From Octopus sinensis (lineage: Eukaryota): a DNA stretch of 64,000 nucleotides. The DNA lies in assembly GCF_006345805.1 (NCBI RefSeq), contig NC_043003.1, forward strand, positions 78,368,001 through 78,432,000, in the 5' to 3' direction. Shown here in pieces: positions 63,269 to 64,000 of this stretch. Numbering within the stretch: the first letter of the stretch is position 1; each line of letters begins with the position of its first letter. The translations under genes were made by a program, and so were the position numbers. Below the pieces are notes generated by a model, which was given only the letters and a program-made list of their open reading frames with translations, did not search any database and was not told the DNA's origin.

Positions 63269-63516
63269 CATATATATATATACATATGTAGTATATATGT
63301 ATATATATATATATATATACATATGTATGTATATATATGTATATATATATATTATATATATATGTATATATATGTATATATATATTATATATATATATAC
63401 ATATGTATGTATATCTTATGTATGTATATATAATATATTATATATAATATATACATATGTATGTATATATATGTATAATATATATATATATATATATAAT
63501 ATATATATATATATAT

Positions 63517-63555
<39 letters not shown>
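62633..63555. repeat. ~0.9-kb (TA)n tract with interspersed catatgtatg units
   Basis: Direct reading. Confidence 0.95.
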
Positions 63556-63559
<4 letters not shown>

Positions 63560-63792
63560 AAAGTGAGATAGGGGTTATGAGTGTAACCCACTATGGTATA
63601 TCATTTATCCAATATACTGCCAGTAAAGTACCCAGAAGGCTAATACATAAATGCTAAGAATTGCAATGCAATTATTCATTTATTGTATTATATGGGCGAA
63701 GGTAAAATGTTTACCTCAAATTCATAATACAAAATAAGAAAATGGAGGAATAGATTTCTTTCAGTCATCAGCTTCTAGATAATACAATTCAT

Positions 63793-64000
63793 ATAATTTT
63801 TAACTAACTATTATTTAGATTAATAGGAACATCCAAATCCAACAGAATAAGACAGAATAAAACAATATACATCAATAAGTAAGATAATACCATAAGAATA
63901 TGGTATTCTTACTACTTATTGATGTATATTGTTTTATTCTGTCTTATTCTGTTGGATTTGGATGTTTCTATTTAATCTAAATAATTAGTTAATAAATTAT
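63793..64000. repeat. Near-perfect foldback palindrome (~100-bp arms, 4-nt loop at 63895-63898)
   Basis: ...atcaataagtaagataataccata-agaa-tatggtattcttactacttattgat... Confidence 0.9.

Overview
AT-rich, repeat-saturated eukaryotic genomic DNA, most likely an octopus or other coleoid cephalopod. The inference rests on the tRNA-derived SINE families, microsatellite density and TE mix. The only host protein-coding sequence I can support is one minus-strand exon (48356-48678) encoding the N-terminus of cGMP-dependent protein kinase: a PKG-I-beta-like leucine zipper plus the RTKRxAISAEP pseudosubstrate, ending in a phase-2 GT donor. I found no exon 2, so 1-48355 appears to be one intron of at least 48 kb, and 48.7-64 kb is 5' UTR, intron or upstream DNA. 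The rest is TE debris: RTE, CR1-like and Tx1-like LINE fragments, a Tc1 remnant, two Merlin-type elements with GG termini and 8-bp TSDs, non-autonomous Helitrons, at least three tRNA-SINE families, and Penelope-like (PLE) termini carrying minimal hammerhead-ribozyme motifs. Nearly all ORFs in the track are microsatellite or SINE artefacts. Most notable: (1) a ~975-bp copy of nearby host DNA captured between inverted PLE-like arms inside a (TA)n tract; (2) a SINE that appears to insert into its own head at TAGC^GGTA, building polarized tandem arrays; (3) several dimer-type hammerhead motifs, including a family with a CCGAnGA core; (4) a perfect 308-bp inverted repeat joining two PLE termini; (5) a strong-context uORF over the PKG start. 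Coordinates were counted by eye; repeat boundaries are approximate. No database search was run.
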